Below are positions 60,532 through 64,000 of a DNA stretch of 64,000 bases, one piece after another; the first letter of the stretch is position 1; each line of letters starts with the position of its first letter. Made by a program: the position numbers and the translations under genes. Under the pieces are notes generated by a model that was not told the origin of the DNA, made no database searches, and worked only from the letters and a program-made list of their open reading frames with translations. The stretch comes from Planctomycetota bacterium (GTDB taxonomy: Bacteria > Planctomycetota > B143-G9). The stretch lies in assembly GCA_034521065.1 (NCBI GenBank), contig JAXHMW010000011.1:54148-118147 (forward strand). Reading direction: 5' to 3'.

Positions 60532-61495
60532 TTCATCGCGCCATGCAAAAATGACGGTTCGCGCCCAAGGCTGCCTGATGGGGCAACTCGCGGGAGATTC
60601 CCTCGGAAGCCTGGTAGAGTTTAAGACTCCTGAACAGATACTGCGGAAATATCCCCACGGAGTGCGCGAGCTTGCCGACGGGGGAACCTGGGGCACTCTT
60701 GCCGGTCAACCGACCGACGATTCCGAAATGGCCCTGCTTCTCGCCCGGATACTTGTGAAATCACGCACCTACGAACCCGGTGAGGCTCGGAAGCAATACC
60801 AATACTGGCTGAATTCCGATCCGTTTGACTGCGGCATGACAATCTCGGCCGGTCTTCGGGGATATCCCAATCCCGAAAGCCAAGCCAACGGGGCGATGAT
60901 GAGAATCAGTCCGCTCGGAATCTTCGGGGCCGGATTCGAACTGAAGCAGGTGGCTGAATGGGCCATGCAGGACGCGGTGGTCACCCATCCCCATCCTGTT
61001 TGCCGGCAGGCGAACGCATTGTTCGCCATGGCCATTGCGCACGCTGTCGCTTCCGGCTGCGACGGCAACGAGCTATACGTTAACATTCGAAAGTGGGCGT
61101 GCGACATACCCGTAGAAAATGCGTTGCTGGAAACCGTTGACAGGGCAGCCGACGAACCGCCCGCCGACTATGTCCGTCAACAGGGCTGGGTGTTAATCGC
61201 TTTTCAGAATGCGCTGTATCAGCTTCTTCACGCTCCGAGCCTCGAGGAGGGCGTTGTAGCCACAGTCATGTGCGGCGGAGACACAGACACCAACGCAGCA
61301 ATCTGTGGCGCGCTTCTCGGCGCTGTGTGGGGCAGCGGCGCGATTCCCGCCCAATGGACCGAGTGCATATTGAACTGCCGTCCCGAGGCCGAAAAGCCGA
61401 ACGTACGCCGTCCCCGCCCGGAATGCTTCTGGCCGGTAGATGCCTTGAAACTGGCAGAAGGACTGCTGGCGGCATCCATTGAACGGGGAGGTTGA
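60524..61495 (+). CDS. ADP-ribosylglycohydrolase (ARH/DraG family)
   Basis: Contains GCLMGQLAGDSLGSLVEF, GQPTDDSEMAL, NGAMMRISPLG and the metal-site block GGDTDTNAAICGALLGA. The start is at 60524 or 60551. Confidence 0.85.
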   Translation: MISSSRHAKMTVRAQGCLMGQLAGDSLGSLVEFKTPEQILRKYPHGVRELADGGTWGTLAGQPTDDSEMALLLARILVKSRTYEPGEARKQYQYWLNSDPFDCGMTISAGLRGYPNPESQANGAMMRISPLGIFGAGFELKQVAEWAMQDAVVTHPHPVCRQANALFAMAIAHAVASGCDGNELYVNIRKWACDIPVENALLETVDRAADEPPADYVRQQGWVLIAFQNALYQLLHAPSLEEGVVATVMCGGDTDTNAAICGALLGAVWGSGAIPAQWTECILNCRPEAEKPNVRRPRPECFWPVDALKLAEGLLAASIERGG

Positions 61496-61640
61496 TTCGA
61501 TTCCGCAATACCATTTCGCCAACAAACCTGATAAGCAAAATGAAAGCAAATCGCGAGCCTCTTCCAAACTCCTGTGAAACGGCGCGACACCTGCCGCGCC
61601 ATGACGGTTGCTCCGCGATTCGACAGATTCTAATACAACT

Positions 61641-61660
61641 TGACCCGTCTTGTTGGGTCA
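61641..61660. repeat. Inverted repeat TGACCC-N8-GGGTCA
   Basis: TGACCC at 61641..61646 and GGGTCA at 61655..61660, in an apparently non-coding stretch of about 700 bp. Confidence 0.5.
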
Positions 61661-61735
61661 CAAGGTAACGTATATCTTTGCGAATGGTGGTTGTATGCGC
61701 TGGAGGTCTGAGTTCACAAGAAAGGTAACAGATAA

Positions 61736-61781
61736 TTGTCAAGACATGGGTAACAGTTCTGACAATAAAGTGTTACCCATG
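61736..61781. repeat. Two interleaved inverted repeats (pseudoknot-like topology) around a GGTAAC motif
   Basis: TTGTCA (61736..61741) pairs with TGACAA (61760..61765). CATGGGTAACA (61745..61755) pairs with TGTTACCCATG (61771..61781). GGTAAC also occurs at 61664..61669 and 61714..61719. Confidence 0.5.
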
Positions 61782-62235
61782 TGTTGACTCGGAGAAGAGA
61801 ACCCCACCCCACCCGAGCATTCGCCCATGGTGTGGCGTTTAATCGGGCCTGTCTCCACCGATGTACACGGAGTGGACCTTGCATGGCGTTTTCTCAGAAA
61901 CTTCAGCTACGAATAACCGAATTCTCCAAGTCCGAAGCCAGAAGGCGAAAACAAGGGCAACGTAGCCTACGAGCAGCCCCGTGAAGCGCCCAAACTGCCG
62001 AAGCATTTCGATACGTTCGCTGACGAATCCTCAGCCACGATGCCCCCTGCCCTTATGCTCTGCTTCTTTGATGACACCGACTCGAACGGCGACTCTCGGC
62101 AGATGAGAGCCGAACGCAGGTCATACGACCAAAAGGGGAACAATGAGTACAGTTCCGTCCTTGCATATCCCTCCCGCATGCATATACTCTGTATAAGTTC
62201 ATAATTTGGTGCGGAAGGGAGACGGAGGACACCGT

Positions 62236-63309
62236 ATGCAGAACATCGGCCGTATAACATATCTCCCGCTTAACGAAGTATGGAAGCACGAGGCCAAGGA
62301 CTTCACAACCTGGCTGGAGAAGAACCCGGAGGTGCTTAACGACCTTCTGGACAAGAAAATGGAGATCATCGAGCGCGAGAAATCTGCCGGCAGCTTCTCA
62401 GTGGATCTTGTGGCCCGGGAGGGCGAACGCACGATAGTCATTGAGAACCAGCTTTACAAAAGCGACCATACACATCTCGGACAGGTTGTTACCTACCTCA
62501 CGTCACTTGATGCTGAAGAAGCGATCTGGATCGTCGGAGATCCAAGACCCGAACACGTCAAGGCAATCTCATGGCTCAACGAGAGCACATCAGCATCGTT
62601 CTACCTGATAAAGTTCGAGGCCATCAGCATCGGTGATTCCCTCCCTGCCCCGCTTCTGACGCTTATCACCGGCCCCAGCGAAGAGGCAAAAAGCGCGGGC
62701 GCGACGAAGCAAAAATTGATTGAACTACAAATGCGGCAACGTTCTTTCTGGCAAGGACTACTGAGAGTCGCGCACAGCAGAACTGACCTTCACAGAACTA
62801 TTTCACCTACAATGGACAGTTGGATTGGCACGAGCCCCGAAGATTTTCCAAGCGGCGTGACGCTTAACTACGCCATTGTAAACTCGGCAGCGCGAGTCGA
62901 GCTTTACATTGATGTCGGCGAGGGTGCGGGTGAAGCGCGCGCAGACCGCAATCACGAGATCTACGAAGGCATTTTCGCCCAAAAGGATGAGATAGAAAAG
63001 GCCTTTGGCGACAAGCTAATCTGGCAGCCACTTGAAGGCAAGTACGCCTGCCGTATCAAATGGGAAACTAACCGCGGCGGCCTCGCAGATGAATCCACCT
63101 GGCCGGATCTGCAAGACGAGTTGGTAGATGCAATGATCCGCTTCCACAAAGCTCTGAAGGGGAAGGTGTGTAGAGGTCTTCTTGCACGCCATCTTGCCAT
63201 GCGTATACTGGTATCAGTATTAATGATTCGATATTTCTTTGACTTAGATGGCTCTCGGAGAACGCACAAATTCGGCTTGGTTCCAAGGAGAAAACAGAAG
63301 TGGCACTGA
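62236..63309 (+). CDS. DUF4268-type protein with an N-terminal PD-(D/E)XK-like nuclease fold (restriction-system associated)
   Basis: Start set at MQNIGRITYLPLNEVWKHEAKDFTTWL. SVDLVAREGERTIVIENQLYKSDHTHLGQVVTYL has a D...E-x-Q nuclease-like core. The C-terminal half (SFWQGLL...LNYAIVNSAARVELYID...IEKAFGDKLIWQ) resembles DUF4268. The last 40 aa or so look non-native. Confidence 0.5.
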   Translation: MQNIGRITYLPLNEVWKHEAKDFTTWLEKNPEVLNDLLDKKMEIIEREKSAGSFSVDLVAREGERTIVIENQLYKSDHTHLGQVVTYLTSLDAEEAIWIVGDPRPEHVKAISWLNESTSASFYLIKFEAISIGDSLPAPLLTLITGPSEEAKSAGATKQKLIELQMRQRSFWQGLLRVAHSRTDLHRTISPTMDSWIGTSPEDFPSGVTLNYAIVNSAARVELYIDVGEGAGEARADRNHEIYEGIFAQKDEIEKAFGDKLIWQPLEGKYACRIKWETNRGGLADESTWPDLQDELVDAMIRFHKALKGKVCRGLLARHLAMRILVSVLMIRYFFDLDGSRRTHKFGLVPRRKQKWH

Positions 63310-64000
63310 AGAAATCTCAACTTTACAGCTTCGCTCTGGTCCAGCCTGTGACGAACTGCGCGGCGGCATGGACGCCTCCCAGTACAAGGACTACGTCCTG
63401 TTCATGCTGTTCATCAAGTACGTCTCAGACAAGTACGCCGATTCCGACGACTTCGCCCCGCCGGTGGTCATCCCCAAGGCGCCAGCTTCAAGGACATGGT
63501 TCAAGCTCAAGGGCGAGAGCGACATCGGCGACAAGATCAACACCCAGATTATCCAGCCACTGATTGAAAACAACACTCGCCTGGCGCGCAGTGACTTCCC
63601 GGACTTCAACGACCCCAACAAGCTCGGCGAAGGCAAGGCGATGATTGATCGCCTGACCAACCTGATCAGCATCTTCCAGAAGCCGGAGCTGGACTTCTCC
63701 AAAAACCGCGCCGAGCGCGACGACATCCTCGGCGATGCCTACGAATACCTGATGCGGCACTTCGCCACCGAAAGCGGCAAGAGCAAGGGCCAGTTCTACA
63801 CCCCGTCGGAGGTCAGCCGCGTCATCGCCCAGGTTATCGGAATCTCGCCCAAGACCGCTGTCGCATCGACCACGGCCTACGACCCGACCTGCGGATCGGG
63901 ATCGCTGCTGCTCAAGGTCGCCGCCGAGGCGGGAAAACACATCACGCTCGAAGGCCAGGAAAAGGACGTGACCACCGCGGGTCTCGCCCGCATGAACATG
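63300..64000 (+). pseudogene. hsdM: Type I restriction-modification system methyltransferase subunit HsdM, 3' end cut by the window; several frame breaks
   Basis: The GTG at 63300 follows AAGGAG (VALKKSQLYS). After shifts near 63328-63345 the sequence reads CDELRGGMDASQYKDYVLFMLFIKYVSDKY. A local excursion at 63475-63505 gives PKAPASRTWF where PKGASFKDMV is expected. Then FYTPSEVSRVIAQVI and YDPTCGSGSLLL. Confidence 0.8.

Noticed and set aside
61827-62204. About 125-codon open frame (MVWRLIGPVSTDVHGVDLAWRFLRNFSYE-TAA-PNSPSPKPEGENKG...FFDDTDSNGDSRQMRAERRSYDQKG...)
   Set aside because: It needs readthrough of an in-frame TAA at 61914, has no recognisable domain and no RBS. It could be a gene relic, but I cannot support it as a feature.

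Overview
This 64-kb window looks like the chromosome of a moderately GC-rich diderm bacterium; the GC estimate is by eye and phylum cannot be assigned from the sequence alone. Genes are dense, with many 4-nt ATGA/GTGA start-stop overlaps.

Layout:
- 1-11 kb (+): cinA, an LPS-core block (two GT9 heptosyltransferases, an LPS-kinase-like pseudokinase, msbA), ogt, a SagB-type nitroreductase, an HD hydrolase, truA, and an ECF sigma/anti-sigma pair.
- 12-16.3 kb (+): an XPB/Ssl2-type helicase followed by a large Tfb2/p52-like (Helicase_C_3-like) gene.
- 16.3-32.9 kb (all on the minus strand):
  - a sphingolipid-type module: acyl-AMP ligase, Spt/AONS-like, GNAT, SDR and a PAP2/IPC-synthase-like protein;
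  - a 2-oxoacid-type module: two LeuCD/Hac-type hydro-lyase pairs, a beta-decarboxylating dehydrogenase, an HD protein and a truncated citrate-synthase/citryl-CoA-lyase-like protein;
  - three pseudopilin-like genes and an ExeM/NucH-like nuclease.
- 33-48.5 kb: Trx-NHL, MoxR-DUF58-beta-propeller lipoprotein, a small operon of unusual composition (LbH transferase, HgdB-like, ComB-like, LigD-PE-like), a pseudokinase, a second MoxR, MazG and a TPR protein.
- 48.5-55.2 kb (-): smc, an AmmeMemoRadiSam-type radical SAM gene, a tandem ATP-cone protein and nrdR, with NrdR-box-like repeats upstream.
- 55.4-58.3 kb (+): a HEAT protein and a prenyltransferase-repeat protein.
- 58.6 kb to the end: tmRNA, then an accessory stretch with a macro domain protein, a methyltransferase, an ADP-ribosylglycohydrolase, nested inverted repeats, a DUF4268/PD-(D/E)XK-like gene and the start of type I hsdM.

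About 40 recognisable genes' worth of reading frame are interrupted by single-base frame breaks, mostly at homopolymers, plus three in-frame stops. These are concentrated in 33-48.5 kb.

The candidates I rate most interesting are the XPB + p52-like pair, the long co-directional lipid/2-oxoacid array, the nrdR/ATP-cone/radical-SAM operon, and the ADP-ribose-removal genes next to tmRNA. No CRISPR array, rRNA, tRNA or intact mobile element was found.
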